Virus record (IMG/VR): IMGVR_UViG_3300029288_000055
Coordinates: 1-64,000 of that record
Reading direction: 5' to 3' (one strand)
DNA from: a virus
Taxonomy: Duplodnaviria; Heunggongvirae; Uroviricota; Caudoviricetes
DNA: 64,000 bases
Shown here: positions 27,539-37,963 of the stretch, piece by piece
How the letters are laid out: every line of letters starts with the position of its first letter
How positions within the stretch are numbered: the first letter of the stretch is position 1
Program-made: the position numbers and the translations under genes
Notes under the pieces: model-generated
Seen by the model: the letters and a program-made list of their open reading frames with translations, nothing else
Databases searched by the model: none
Told to the model about the DNA's origin: nothing

Positions 27539-28429
27539 TTATTTAAAAAATTCGTTTAACCAATTATTTTTACGTGCATTATAATATGCGCCACCATACA
27601 TTTTAGCAAATTCAGTTTTTGTTTTGCATTGTTGTGCTGCATCAGCACATCGTTCCTTAATCCAATAAATGGTATTGTATGGTAATTTTTGCATGTGTCC
27701 ACAAATTTTATCAATCCATCCATTTTTAACCGAAGTACTATATATACTACTTGATTTCGTACTAAATTCTTTTTTTGTGTTATATTTTAACGCTTCTTTT
27801 TCACAAATATCAAAACTTAAAATAATTTCACGTTCATATTTTTTCATATGCGAACAAATTTCATTAAGCCATAAGTTTCTTTGTGCTGAATTATATGCAC
27901 TACCTGAATTAATTCTAAAATCATTTCTTAAATTATATTTTAAGGCTTCGTTTTTACATTTATCAAAAGTCCAAATTAAATGATTTCCCCCAATACCACC
28001 CGTTTTTGCTACATTAAGTAATTTCCAACCATTATTTTTATAATTTTCAAGAAAAACGCCTTCCATTTCAGAAGCATCATTAATACTTAAATAATCAGTT
28101 AATTGAATAAATTGTGGTGATAAACCAGTATTATTAATATGCTTAGTGACGGCATCTTTTGAATTATTTTTTCTCCAAATCATTCTTTTTTTGATATTGC
28201 AAGTTAATCCAACATAAACATGATTATCAGAAAATTCATATGCATAAATGCATCTTTTAGATATGTTTCCCAATTTAATCATATGTGAACAAATTTCCAA
28301 TAAAAAATCATTTTTTCTTGCACTACAATATGCAGATGGAGAATTAAATTTAAATTCACTACGTGTTGAGTATTTAAGTGCTTCTATCATACAATTCTCT
28401 TTACTCCAATAATTTCTATTTTTTCTCAT
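27539..28429 (-). CDS. GIY-YIG homing endonuclease with four repeated helical modules
   Basis: CIYAYEF..VYVGLT..R..E..LLN; repeats W..E.C..EALKY..R..F...S.SAY..A....WL.EICSHM; start 28429 after GTATTTATA (28444-28452). Confidence 0.8.
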   Translation of the reverse strand: MRKNRNYWSKENCMIEALKYSTRSEFKFNSPSAYCSARKNDFLLEICSHMIKLGNISKRCIYAYEFSDNHVYVGLTCNIKKRMIWRKNNSKDAVTKHINNTGLSPQFIQLTDYLSINDASEMEGVFLENYKNNGWKLLNVAKTGGIGGNHLIWTFDKCKNEALKYNLRNDFRINSGSAYNSAQRNLWLNEICSHMKKYEREIILSFDICEKEALKYNTKKEFSTKSSSIYSTSVKNGWIDKICGHMQKLPYNTIYWIKERCADAAQQCKTKTEFAKMYGGAYYNARKNNWLNEFFK

Positions 28430-28485
28430 AATATCTATTTTAATATAAATACTATGTTTTTTAAATTTTATTGTTTTTATGAAAA

Positions 28486-28674
28486 TTATTTTAATTTCCA
28501 TAATCGGCTCTTAGTGAGCCTTTTTGCTTCTTCAATTAAATCTTCCAATTCCTCTCTGTCGTCATCATTTGCGAAAATGTCATCTGCATCCATTTTAGCC
28601 AATTTATCGACAATAGTTAATGCTTCTTTAAGAATTCTTGCTGTTTCTTTTTCGTTTGCCATTTTATTACTCAT
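28486..28674 (-). CDS. hypothetical protein
   Basis: ORF track. Confidence 0.6.
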   Translation of the reverse strand: MSNKMANEKETARILKEALTIVDKLAKMDADDIFANDDDREELEDLIEEAKRLTKSRLWKLK

Positions 28675-28675
28675 T

Positions 28676-29827
28676 TTATTTAATATTTTCTAATATCATA
28701 TATATATCATCATAATTATCAATAATATTTAATGCTTCTTGATATGATATTGCAATAAATCTACGTTTACCAACAGTATTAAATATACCGATTTTATCCA
28801 TATCATGTAAAAAACTATCCGTAAATTTATTAGAATTTTCAATATTGGCTTTTTCTATCATAAGTTCTTTTAATTCTAAACCACTTATTACTTTATCTCC
28901 GACATTCGATTTACCATTATTATATATAAACATTAATAATGATTTATATCTATCCTTTTTTTGATATATCTTTTCGAATTTTTGTTTATTTAAAATATAC
29001 ATTTGATGCTGGTAAAATTCTCTGAAATAAACACCACTCATAATTATAAGTTCTGAAAATATTGCAATAATAATAAATAAAATGATATTTTTGGTGTCTT
29101 CTGTCGCATTATTTACAATTGTTGAATTAAGACTGGATTTCAATTCATTGACTCTTTGTTTTAATTGATCATCAATTTTATTGATCTCATTCTGATTGCT
29201 GTTGATTATTGTAGTATTTTTATCGATGCTTGACTGATAATCCCTACGTATAGATAGCCAACCAACTGGTGTTTGTGATAGTGTATTACGCAAATCATTA
29301 CTTGCATTTCTCAGTGACTGATTATCTGCCTCATATGTTTTTTTCTTTCTTTCATATTGCACAGTCAGGCTATCTTTCTGCATATCCACTTGTGTTGTGG
29401 CAATTGTATTTTGAGTAACGCTTGTAGTGGCAAGGTTCTTTGAACCAACCAGTGAGAGATAAAAACTTAATAATACTATTGCAATTGAGACTGTAAACCA
29501 ACCGAAAACAGCACCGTTTACTTTTTTATTATTTTTCACGTAATCACTGGAGAAATTTCTGAATAAATATCTCTTTATAATTTCGAAAATTGTTAAAAAT
29601 ACAAGAGTAAAAATAAATGCAATTGCTGTACCCCAAAAGCCAGTAACCAAGTTAATTGTAATTGCTTTTAAAAGTGCTGGATAAAGTAAAAAATATGAAA
29701 AGAATATAGAGCCGATGTTTCCCACGAATGAAAAGCCAAATAACCATTTATCTAAGGCTTTATTGCTGCCCTCAAAGTCTTTAATATTAATTTTTTTTCT
29801 TAACTTATCGTAATCTTTTAAATCCAT
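28676..29827 (-). CDS. membrane protein with coiled coil
   Basis: 3 TM, coiled coil, 1 TM. Confidence 0.7.
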   Translation of the reverse strand: MDLKDYDKLRKKINIKDFEGSNKALDKWLFGFSFVGNIGSIFFSYFLLYPALLKAITINLVTGFWGTAIAFIFTLVFLTIFEIIKRYLFRNFSSDYVKNNKKVNGAVFGWFTVSIAIVLLSFYLSLVGSKNLATTSVTQNTIATTQVDMQKDSLTVQYERKKKTYEADNQSLRNASNDLRNTLSQTPVGWLSIRRDYQSSIDKNTTIINSNQNEINKIDDQLKQRVNELKSSLNSTIVNNATEDTKNIILFIIIAIFSELIIMSGVYFREFYQHQMYILNKQKFEKIYQKKDRYKSLLMFIYNNGKSNVGDKVISGLELKELMIEKANIENSNKFTDSFLHDMDKIGIFNTVGKRRFIAISYQEALNIIDNYDDIYMILENIK

Positions 29828-29863
29828 ATATAATATTTATTAATAAATAGTAAAAAATATGAA

Positions 29864-32800
29864 TTATTCAATTGTTAGTGATGATATGCCGTTTTCATCT
29901 AACTGCACATTAATAAGATAATCGGGGTTAATTTCTTCTTTTGGTTCGATCACTAAAACCTTTTTCATACCTGCTTTTATCATTTGAAGTATTTCAATAA
30001 ATTCTTCAACACTATCATTAAGCAATTTACCCATTATTTCATCAAGTAAGAATATTGATGGTTTTGCTTTAACGTTGATTTGATTCAATGCATATTTCAT
30101 AACAATGCTGGAGAAAGTTCTTTCTTTACCGCTTGCGCTAATACAGTCAATAACTGCAGTTGGTCTGTTATTGTATGCCAGTTTAGGACGTAAATCTTCT
30201 TGATCGAGCCATACTTTAAATGAAGCCACTGATAATATGTCCTGAAGAGTTGCATTAATCTTAGGTAAGATATAGTTTGCAAGCATCTGTCTTGGTATGC
30301 CATCCCTATGAACACATTTTTTATAAAGTTCTCTCACTTTGTCTTGATGTTCTTGTATTTTAAACTCAGCAATTAGTAATTGATTACTTTTGATTTTTAT
30401 CTGTTTTTCACCAATGCTTGACTTTTTAATTAAAAGTGTTTCTTTTTCATCTGATTCTTCATCTTCGAGTTCGCTTAATTTTAACTTAGCTGCAGCAATG
30501 CCTTTCTCAATCTTCTGATTTTCTATAATTTGTTTCAAACTATTCTCGTGATTATCAATCTTCTGCTGAAGCAAAGTGATGTGTAGTTCTTCGTTCTGAA
30601 TCTTTGTTGGTATTTGATCTAACTCAGTTTGAAGTTCTTTACGTTTTTCAACATCATTCTTTTCGTTAGTAAGCGTACCGATTTCTTTTAAAACATTTTC
30701 CATTTCAAGAGAAGCAACCCTGATCTCTTCGTTAATTTTTGCAATTGCTTTATCTTCTTCCTCAATTTTATCCTGATGTGCCTTTTTATCAACGTTTTCT
30801 TTTGCTTTAATTTTATCAGCAAGCGGAAACATTTCATCTTCTTTTAACTTAACAGTGTTGAGAATGTGATCAATGTGTTCTTGTTTATTAATTGCCTGTC
30901 CACATTGACTACAAATTTTACTGTTTTTAAGATCAACAATTTCTTTTTTTAACTTAGCACCCTGTTCTTTTAATCTGAATATCTCACCATTAATAATTTC
31001 AATTGCATGGTCTTCGTTTGTTTTTGTTTGCTCATGTGTTTTAATAAGCATTTTTTGTTGATATTCATTACTTTTATGAGTATCTTTCTTTTCAATCAAT
31101 GTTTTCAGCTTTTCGGCATCATATGTTTCTTTTAATGGAACGATACTTTGTTCTATAACCGTTTTTAGTGCCTTTAGCTTATCGATCTCCTTGTTATGTG
31201 TATCAATAGTCTCTTTTGTGCTATCTACGTCCAGACCGTAAATTTCAGGGTCTATTTTAAATAATTTCTTATTTAAGTCTTCTACGTATTTTCTTCCCTT
31301 AATTATTTTCTCACGAATCTCTGGAAGCCTAATATTTTCAGTTGTCGAAACTATTGATTCAAGTATCATAATTTCTTCACCCAATGTTACGTTTTGCATT
31401 TCAGTTGTTTCGACATTACAACTTACTCTTGGTTTCTCATTAACTTTCTTTTCGTATGTTTTATATCCTGTCAATTTCTTATCAAAAATGTCCAGTCCGC
31501 TATCAAACAAAAGTGAATCAATAAACACAGCCATATCATTAGACAATATTCTGTTAAGTGTATCAGATGTTGTCATAACGATACGCATAAAATTTTCATA
31601 AGTGCCAATTATACTTTCTATTTTTTTCTGAGTAAGTTTTCTGCGATCTTCATCAAGTTTCTCCAGTGAAGTATCTTCATTCATTTCTTCATCAGGATTA
31701 GTAAGGGTATAATAGCTTAATGTCGTTGGAGCACCATTAATTTCTCCGCCTTTGGTTTTTGTAATTTCTGTCTTCTTTTTGATGCCGAAAAATTCACCGT
31801 TGGCTTCAACCACAAGATATCCTTCACAAAAAGCAGCACCATTTCTATTATTTACAAAACGTTGATCACCATATTTCATGCGTGTCTCAGTCTCTAAAGT
31901 CTTACCAAAAAGAATATAAGAAATAAGTTTCATTATTGTTGTTTTTCCAGCAGTATTTTCTCCTGTAATCTGAAACAACCCATCCATGTTACGCCAATCA
32001 ATTTCCAATTCTTCATATGACATAAAATTCTTGCCACCAAACTTAACAACATTCCATTCAATACTCTGATCTTCACTTGTATCAATTAACGCAAGTATTT
32101 CTTCATCAAGTGCAATAATATCTTCAATAAGTTGTGGGTTAGTACCAATTTTACTTAAATATTCTCTGAATATTTCGTGTTGAACGTTCTGGTCAGTTAT
32201 GTTTTGTAAAGTAATGTTCTCATTAATATCAATTTTTTCGCTTTCAATGAATTCATTCTTATGTGAAATAACAATACCCTTATGTAAACTCTTAACATAT
32301 TCGCTTAATTTTCTTTCAGCTTCTTTAACTCTTGTTTGTGGCAATGTACCCCAGATAAATCTTATTTTCATATATTTGGTTGGATTCGGTATTTCAAAAT
32401 CCAAATCATCAAAATCTGTAAATTGAGTAATTCGAATATTCTTAAATGAGTATTCGCTTTCAATTGGAATCTCCTGAATTGATTTGTTTTCAATATCCCA
32501 TAGTAAGTAGCCATGAAAATTATCGTCACCTTCTGTTACATCTTGTGCTATAAGTGAGCCACAATATGCTTTGGTTTGAGCTTTATCCAGATATTGAAAC
32601 TTATGTATGTCACCAAAGAATGAATATTGACCCTTAAAATCACTAAGTTTGTAATATGATTTGCTTTTCATTTCAAAGTTTGTGGTTGATTTACAACCAT
32701 TCACAGGGTCATGGAAAAGATCAATGAAAGTAAATTCAGGTGAGCCAGCAGGGTCAAGTTTTTTACCGTCCTTAGTTTTCCAAGGATTGTTTTTAGGGTC

Positions 32801-33190
32801 ACCATGATGCCAAACCATCCACATTATATTATCGTCAGCAAAAAATCTTGTTTGATCATAATAAATAACCTTTGGGTTATCCAGCGTTTCTACAATTGCC
32901 TTAACTGAATCAACTCTTTTAAGACTTTTCTTTCTGCAATCATGATTACCTCTGGTAATACGTACTGGTGCAATTTTACTCAAATCATTGAGTAATTTGT
33001 GTGCCATGATTAATTGTTCACCTTGTAGATCAAGATAATCGTGAACCAAGTCACCGACAATTACAATTCTATCGGGTTTTGTTTGTTGTAAAGATTTAAT
33101 TAAATTATCGAATACAATTTGATATTCTTCATTACGAGTGGGACTCTTACGGATATGAATATCGGCAATTTGGCATATGGTTTTAATCAT
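29864..33190 (-). CDS. fused SbcD(Mre11/gp47)-SbcC(Rad50/gp46) nuclease-ATPase
   Basis: ADIH, GDLVH, GNHD, GDIH; Walker A GENTAGKTT, Zn hook CSQC, signature ASGKE, Walker B LLDE. Confidence 0.92.
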   Translation of the reverse strand: MIKTICQIADIHIRKSPTRNEEYQIVFDNLIKSLQQTKPDRIVIVGDLVHDYLDLQGEQLIMAHKLLNDLSKIAPVRITRGNHDCRKKSLKRVDSVKAIVETLDNPKVIYYDQTRFFADDNIMWMVWHHGDPKNNPWKTKDGKKLDPAGSPEFTFIDLFHDPVNGCKSTTNFEMKSKSYYKLSDFKGQYSFFGDIHKFQYLDKAQTKAYCGSLIAQDVTEGDDNFHGYLLWDIENKSIQEIPIESEYSFKNIRITQFTDFDDLDFEIPNPTKYMKIRFIWGTLPQTRVKEAERKLSEYVKSLHKGIVISHKNEFIESEKIDINENITLQNITDQNVQHEIFREYLSKIGTNPQLIEDIIALDEEILALIDTSEDQSIEWNVVKFGGKNFMSYEELEIDWRNMDGLFQITGENTAGKTTIMKLISYILFGKTLETETRMKYGDQRFVNNRNGAAFCEGYLVVEANGEFFGIKKKTEITKTKGGEINGAPTTLSYYTLTNPDEEMNEDTSLEKLDEDRRKLTQKKIESIIGTYENFMRIVMTTSDTLNRILSNDMAVFIDSLLFDSGLDIFDKKLTGYKTYEKKVNEKPRVSCNVETTEMQNVTLGEEIMILESIVSTTENIRLPEIREKIIKGRKYVEDLNKKLFKIDPEIYGLDVDSTKETIDTHNKEIDKLKALKTVIEQSIVPLKETYDAEKLKTLIEKKDTHKSNEYQQKMLIKTHEQTKTNEDHAIEIINGEIFRLKEQGAKLKKEIVDLKNSKICSQCGQAINKQEHIDHILNTVKLKEDEMFPLADKIKAKENVDKKAHQDKIEEEDKAIAKINEEIRVASLEMENVLKEIGTLTNEKNDVEKRKELQTELDQIPTKIQNEELHITLLQQKIDNHENSLKQIIENQKIEKGIAAAKLKLSELEDEESDEKETLLIKKSSIGEKQIKIKSNQLLIAEFKIQEHQDKVRELYKKCVHRDGIPRQMLANYILPKINATLQDILSVASFKVWLDQEDLRPKLAYNNRPTAVIDCISASGKERTFSSIVMKYALNQINVKAKPSIFLLDEIMGKLLNDSVEEFIEILQMIKAGMKKVLVIEPKEEINPDYLINVQLDENGISSLTIE

Positions 33191-33205
33191 TAATAAAAAT
33201 TTTCA

Positions 33206-33237
33206 CAAATATATCAAAATGAACACTAAAAAGCAAG
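33206..33237 (-). promoter_or_regulatory. Bacteroidota housekeeping-type promoter
   Basis: CTTG-N20-TATATTTG. Confidence 0.65.
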
Positions 33238-33364
33238 GATTTTTTTAAATTGTCAGAATGTCAAAAATTATTAAACTCAACTGTAAATTTGTCAGAAAAT
33301 TTATTTTGGCATAATTTTTTATGTATGTGTTTAAAAAATAACTTTATATTAAAATTTTAAAATT

Positions 33365-33775
33365 ATGTTACCAGTAAGACGCACAAAATCTTCACTTAAT
33401 TTATTTGACAATTTTTTTGATGAATTATTCGTGTTCCCAACTTGGGATTTTCCTTCAATTAGCAATCCGCTTCATGATATTGTTGAAAATGAAAAAGAAT
33501 ATGTTGTTGAAATGGCATTAGCAGGAGTAAAAAAGGAAGATATTTCATTAAATATTGAATACGATGTTTTAACAATCAAAGCAGAACGCAAAGAAGTTGA
33601 AGATAAAAATTTTAATAGAAAACAAACTTTCTATGGTAAGTATCAAAAATCATTTACACTTCCTGAAGCTACCGATAAAGAAAACATTCAGGCTTCGTTC
33701 GAAAATGGCATACTTAAAATTACAGTACCAAAAATTGAAGAAGTTAAAACAACAAAACAAATCAAAATTAAGTAA
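33365..33775 (+). CDS. small heat-shock protein Hsp20
   Basis: LAGVKKEDI, YGKYQKSFTLP, ASFENGILKITVPK. Confidence 0.95.
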   Translation: MLPVRRTKSSLNLFDNFFDELFVFPTWDFPSISNPLHDIVENEKEYVVEMALAGVKKEDISLNIEYDVLTIKAERKEVEDKNFNRKQTFYGKYQKSFTLPEATDKENIQASFENGILKITVPKIEEVKTTKQIKIK

Positions 33776-33805
33776 AATGAGGTCACAATTTGTGACCTCA
33801 TTTTT
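33774..33805. terminator. bidirectional intrinsic terminator
   Basis: AAAATGAGGTCACA-ATT-TGTGACCTCATTTTT between convergent genes. Confidence 0.85.
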
Positions 33806-34472
33806 ATTCTAAAATGTCAGCATTTTGTTTCTTTAATTTGGTTTTAATATAATTTATTCTGTTGCTAACAGTACTACTGGTAAGATTAAATTCTTTACCG
33901 ATTTCACAATGGCTATATCCCTGCACATATTTCATATTTAACAAACTATAATCTGCTGGAGAAATTTGTGATGATATATAGTTTACTGCATTACAATTTT
34001 CAAATTCTGAACTATTACAAACAGTAAATGCTGCATTGTTTGTGGTCATTATTGTGCCACTTATTGCATTTGATATTGATGTGCTACCTGCTGCCCATGA
34101 AGTTGCTTCTCCACTAAACATTAAATTTTGCGCACTATTATTACTAATGCTTATACCACAATTATTAAATGTTGATGTAAATGTTATTAAATCTTTTCTG
34201 TATGTATCAATCATGAAGTGTTTTGCAATAACTAACGCCCATGTTTTAACGCTGCCTTTTTCTATATCAATTGTCTTAATATTTTCAAAGATTTTAATTA
34301 AAATCATTTGAACGCAATCATCGAGATCGTCTGGTTTTAATGTTGTAAATTTGCTTCTTAAAAAATCTTTAACTATTTTTTGATATTTCTTAAAAAATTG
34401 TTCCTCCGCTTGACGGTTTCCATTCAAAATATTTTGAATTAGTATCACGTCTTCCGTATCCTTTTCTATCAT
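33804..34472 (-). CDS. ECF-type RNA polymerase sigma factor
   Basis: Sigma2 (DDLDDCVQ..SVKTWALVIAKHFMIDTYRK) and sigma4 (YVQGYSHCEIG..STVSNRI); likely start MIEKDT 34472. Confidence 0.85.
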   Translation of the reverse strand: MIEKDTEDVILIQNILNGNRQAEEQFFKKYQKIVKDFLRSKFTTLKPDDLDDCVQMILIKIFENIKTIDIEKGSVKTWALVIAKHFMIDTYRKDLITFTSTFNNCGISISNNSAQNLMFSGEATSWAAGSTSISNAISGTIMTTNNAAFTVCNSSEFENCNAVNYISSQISPADYSLLNMKYVQGYSHCEIGKEFNLTSSTVSNRINYIKTKLKKQNADILE

Positions 34473-35466
34473 AGGGTTTCTGTAACTTATTAATAAAGTA
34501 ATCATCGACAGTTAAACTCCTTGCACCATATAGACTTTTTATAACTTCATCAATACCAAATTTTTTTCTAAGATTATCCAAGTCATCTATTGTAGGCAAT
34601 TTAACTATCTTTACCCTTTCTTCGCATCCAACATAAATATTATGTAGCTTATAATAGAGTTCAATACTACTTTTATATGCGTCAGGGTCTAACAATACAA
34701 CCACGTCAGGTTTTAATTCATTCAATTTTGTAAATAATGTGGTCGATAGTGTTTTTCCCAACATTGGTATTATGTTAACAGGAAATGACAGCATTTCAAA
34801 CGCACCTTCAACAAGGTATACAGTAGAATCCCAATTTACAAGACCCTCATTAAAAATAATCTTATCCTTATCTGATCGTGGATTGTCATACTTCTTTTTT
34901 TTCTCAATTTTCGGGTCATAAGTTCTTCCCACAAAATAATTTACTTCACCTTTTGCATCATATGAAGGAATTATTATTCTTTTTTCATATTTTCCAGTAG
35001 TACAAAAACCGAGCCGATATTTTAAAATTATATCTCTCGATATTTTTCTATCATTAACCATATAGTTATATGCTTCAAAATGTTCCAAATTACCTGCTTC
35101 CATTTGTGAAAATAAAATCATTTCAATTGGTAATTTAACAGGAACATATTCTTTTTCATCTTCATCAAATTCATAATCAACAAAAGAACCTGCATATGAC
35201 TTATATATTTCATAATCTATATATGAACCAAATGTTTTGATCAATCTTCCTAATGAACCTGAAAATTGAGGTTCATCGCATTTCCAACACCTAAACATGC
35301 GCCTTGCAGTGTTGATTTCAAGATTGAATTTACCATCTGGTTCAGACAGACCTTCACGTTCCTGACAATGAGGACAGTTTACCTGCAACTGTTCGGATTG
35401 CATTGCACCTTGAACATCACCAAAAATATTCTGAAGTATTGCATGAAATTCCTGCCCTCTAATCAT
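34390..35466 (-). CDS. DNA primase (Zn finger + TOPRIM)
   Basis: CPHC..CWKC, RIIIP, FVGR, KYDNP, LVEGAFE, LDPDA. Confidence 0.9.
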   Translation of the reverse strand: MIRGQEFHAILQNIFGDVQGAMQSEQLQVNCPHCQEREGLSEPDGKFNLEINTARRMFRCWKCDEPQFSGSLGRLIKTFGSYIDYEIYKSYAGSFVDYEFDEDEKEYVPVKLPIEMILFSQMEAGNLEHFEAYNYMVNDRKISRDIILKYRLGFCTTGKYEKRIIIPSYDAKGEVNYFVGRTYDPKIEKKKKYDNPRSDKDKIIFNEGLVNWDSTVYLVEGAFEMLSFPVNIIPMLGKTLSTTLFTKLNELKPDVVVLLDPDAYKSSIELYYKLHNIYVGCEERVKIVKLPTIDDLDNLRKKFGIDEVIKSLYGARSLTVDDYFINKLQKPYDRKGYGRRDTNSKYFEWKPSSGGTIF

Positions 35467-35491
35467 AATGAACCATTTTTATATATCATTA

Positions 35492-35517
35492 AAGGTCCGC
35501 ATATATTTGCGGACCTT
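35492..35517. terminator. stem-loop upstream of primase
   Basis: AAGGTCCGCA-TATATT-TGCGGACCTT. Confidence 0.5.
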
Positions 35518-35548
35518 AATTATAACTTAATTTAGTTCAAATATATAA

Positions 35549-36115
35549 TTAAAATCGTTTATGTTGTTCCAAAAACGGGAAGAACATAATTAATCTGTTC
35601 ATAAATCCAATAGGGAAAATTATAAAGTTTGGTTGACCTGTCATTGGATTAGTGCCCATTGAAAGATATTGTGCTTGAAGTTCATTAAATAGTTGAACTA
35701 CTTTTATTTGCAATGCATCATCATTGGTAGTAACTGTTTCTTGAATACCGCCATTTTTTAATTGCTGATATTGAACAAAAATTTTCTTATAATCCTCATT
35801 GGCAAGTAATAATTCACTTTTAATTCTTTCATTTTCTTCAGATAATTTAGTGCATTGTTCTTCAAGCCATTCGGTACTTTTTGGTTCATCATCATCCACT
35901 TCAAGTAGCTCTTCTTTTTCACCTTCGGTTTTTGGTGTTAACACAACGCCATCTAACAATTCATCAACCTTTGCTTTTGTTTTAAGGTCTCTTTCTTCTT
36001 CTGGAGTAAGTACCTTTTCAGGTGTTATATCCTCTTTTTTTTCTTTTTTAACAACAGGTGCTTTTGGCTTTTTTTCAGCACTCTTTGCTAATTTTACTAA
36101 GTTGTCTTTTTTCAT
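35549..36115 (-). CDS. hypothetical protein
   Basis: ORF track. Confidence 0.7.
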   Translation of the reverse strand: MKKDNLVKLAKSAEKKPKAPVVKKEKKEDITPEKVLTPEEERDLKTKAKVDELLDGVVLTPKTEGEKEELLEVDDDEPKSTEWLEEQCTKLSEENERIKSELLLANEDYKKIFVQYQQLKNGGIQETVTTNDDALQIKVVQLFNELQAQYLSMGTNPMTGQPNFIIFPIGFMNRLIMFFPFLEQHKRF

Positions 36116-36116
36116 A

Positions 36117-37574
36117 TTATTGTATTATTAAATTTGCATTTAAATGAGCAATCATACCTGCTTCATCATTCCATATAAAACCTTCACCAGCTTTAAGTGC
36201 ACCAATAAAACCTTTTTTATGATGCCATTCTTCCGTACCAGTAAGACTTGAAAGATATCTTACTGTAACACCTAAGTCTTCATCTGTCATTTTTGATTTA
36301 TCAAGAGTAACAGAATATTTTACATCTCTTTTTCTGTGTATATGTCCAACATGCCATTCGTGATATGTTGTTTCGCTCCACATTGGTTTTGATTCAATAT
36401 CACTTGCCATTATTAATGGTAATGAACCTTCTTTTTCTTCACTACCGTGAGTAATACCAAGTAATACCTTACCAAATCTATAATATTTTCTTGGTGAAGC
36501 ACCATTATTAATCTTTACCTGTGTATCATGATTATACCATGCTTCAAGATATGAACCAAGATAGAAACTGCGTTCAAAATCATGATTACCCGGGATATTC
36601 ACCACATCAATTGGTACTCCTATTTGTTTCAATAAACTAATTGCATCAATAAGAAGTCTTACACCGACATTAAATGTTTTTTGCCAACGTAAGTCTTCAT
36701 CCTGCGGAGTTCCTTTTGTAGTTGTATTAAAAATAGTATCACTATTAAAGAAATCACTACCAATTGGAAATAAAATTCTGTTATATTGAAATCCACTTGC
36801 ATTTTTTATAAGTGTTTGAATACAATTTAAAAATCTCTGACGTGCAATTTTAGTATCATAATTTTCACCAGTTTCACCACCCCATGCAAGTTTGCCTAAA
36901 TGAAGATCAAATATTGTTACTTCAAATAAATTGTTATCATCATCAATACCACGTGTTTTGGGATAAGTTGCAAGCACAGGTGGTTTATAATTTTTACACA
37001 TATCAAGAAACAATTCACCAATTGCTTTTTCTTTAACAACAGTAAGTTTCTTTTCCAGACGTGCCTTAACCTGAAAGTTCTGAAAAGTTCTTGGTGTTTT
37101 ATCAATAACTGCAGTAACATCCCATTTATTTACCCAATATTGAGCAACATCCCAAAGTTCAGTATCAACTTCAGTTACTTTAAGTAATTCAGGAAGTGTT
37201 TTTATGTGATCAGTAGGATAATTTGAGCCACTTTTCCATTCAATAGTTGCTTCATTGCCTTTTTCACTATATTTCAAGTCTTCACCATTTGTTGATGGTG
37301 GAATATCATCAGGTTTTTTTGATTCGGTTATGGCATCATCTTCTTTTATTCCAAAACCTCTGTAATATGCATATAATTTATATGCTTCATCAAATAATAT
37401 GTATAGTTCTTTTTCGAGTTCACCATCTTCATAAAGTTCATACACCAGAGCTTTAATATTTTTTACGTAAGTATCAGCAAATCCACTTTTTTTAGATGCT
37501 TCTTTAACTGATATTTGATTTTTGATTGCATAATTAATAATTTCTACTGCTTTTTCAATTCGTTCTTTTCTCAT
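36117..37574 (-). CDS. calcineurin-like metallophosphoesterase with N-terminal HTH-like region
   Basis: DLHLG, GSD, PGNHD, THG, GHIH. Confidence 0.85.
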   Translation of the reverse strand: MRKERIEKAVEIINYAIKNQISVKEASKKSGFADTYVKNIKALVYELYEDGELEKELYILFDEAYKLYAYYRGFGIKEDDAITESKKPDDIPPSTNGEDLKYSEKGNEATIEWKSGSNYPTDHIKTLPELLKVTEVDTELWDVAQYWVNKWDVTAVIDKTPRTFQNFQVKARLEKKLTVVKEKAIGELFLDMCKNYKPPVLATYPKTRGIDDDNNLFEVTIFDLHLGKLAWGGETGENYDTKIARQRFLNCIQTLIKNASGFQYNRILFPIGSDFFNSDTIFNTTTKGTPQDEDLRWQKTFNVGVRLLIDAISLLKQIGVPIDVVNIPGNHDFERSFYLGSYLEAWYNHDTQVKINNGASPRKYYRFGKVLLGITHGSEEKEGSLPLIMASDIESKPMWSETTYHEWHVGHIHRKRDVKYSVTLDKSKMTDEDLGVTVRYLSSLTGTEEWHHKKGFIGALKAGEGFIWNDEAGMIAHLNANLIIQ

Positions 37575-37610
37575 GCTAAATATTTTAGATAAAATTATTT
37601 AAATTTTCGT

Positions 37611-37642
37611 CAAACTTATAACAAAAATGTCATAAAGACAAG
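37611..37642 (-). promoter_or_regulatory. Bacteroidota housekeeping-type promoter
   Basis: CTTG-N20-TAAGTTTG. Confidence 0.65.
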
Positions 37643-37645
37643 ACT

Positions 37646-37954
37646 TTATATAAATACATTATCATTTTTTTTAAGGAAATCAATAGTTTCTTCAATTTTT
37701 TGGCATTCTTGACGAAAACTGACTTCATTGCTTATTGACATATCAAACCATTCGCCTTCTTTACGAAGATGCGTATATCTTCTCTGTAAAGTTCTTTCAA
37801 TCTTTTCAGCAAATTTAGATTGATATGTTTCAATCAATTTTAATGGTGAAGGATTTCCAGTATTTAACTCTTTTATTCTTTTATTTGGGTGTTTAGATAC
37901 TCCTATTTTATAATAACCATCCTCCAGTGATTGTATTAAATAAACATACTTCAC
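37646..37954 (-). CDS. GIY-YIG/T5orf172-family protein
   Basis: YVYLI..YKIGVS..R..L.TGNP..E..GEWF. Confidence 0.85.
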   Translation of the reverse strand: MKYVYLIQSLEDGYYKIGVSKHPNKRIKELNTGNPSPLKLIETYQSKFAEKIERTLQRRYTHLRKEGEWFDMSISNEVSFRQECQKIEETIDFLKKNDNVFI

Positions 37955-37963
37955 TTTAAAATA

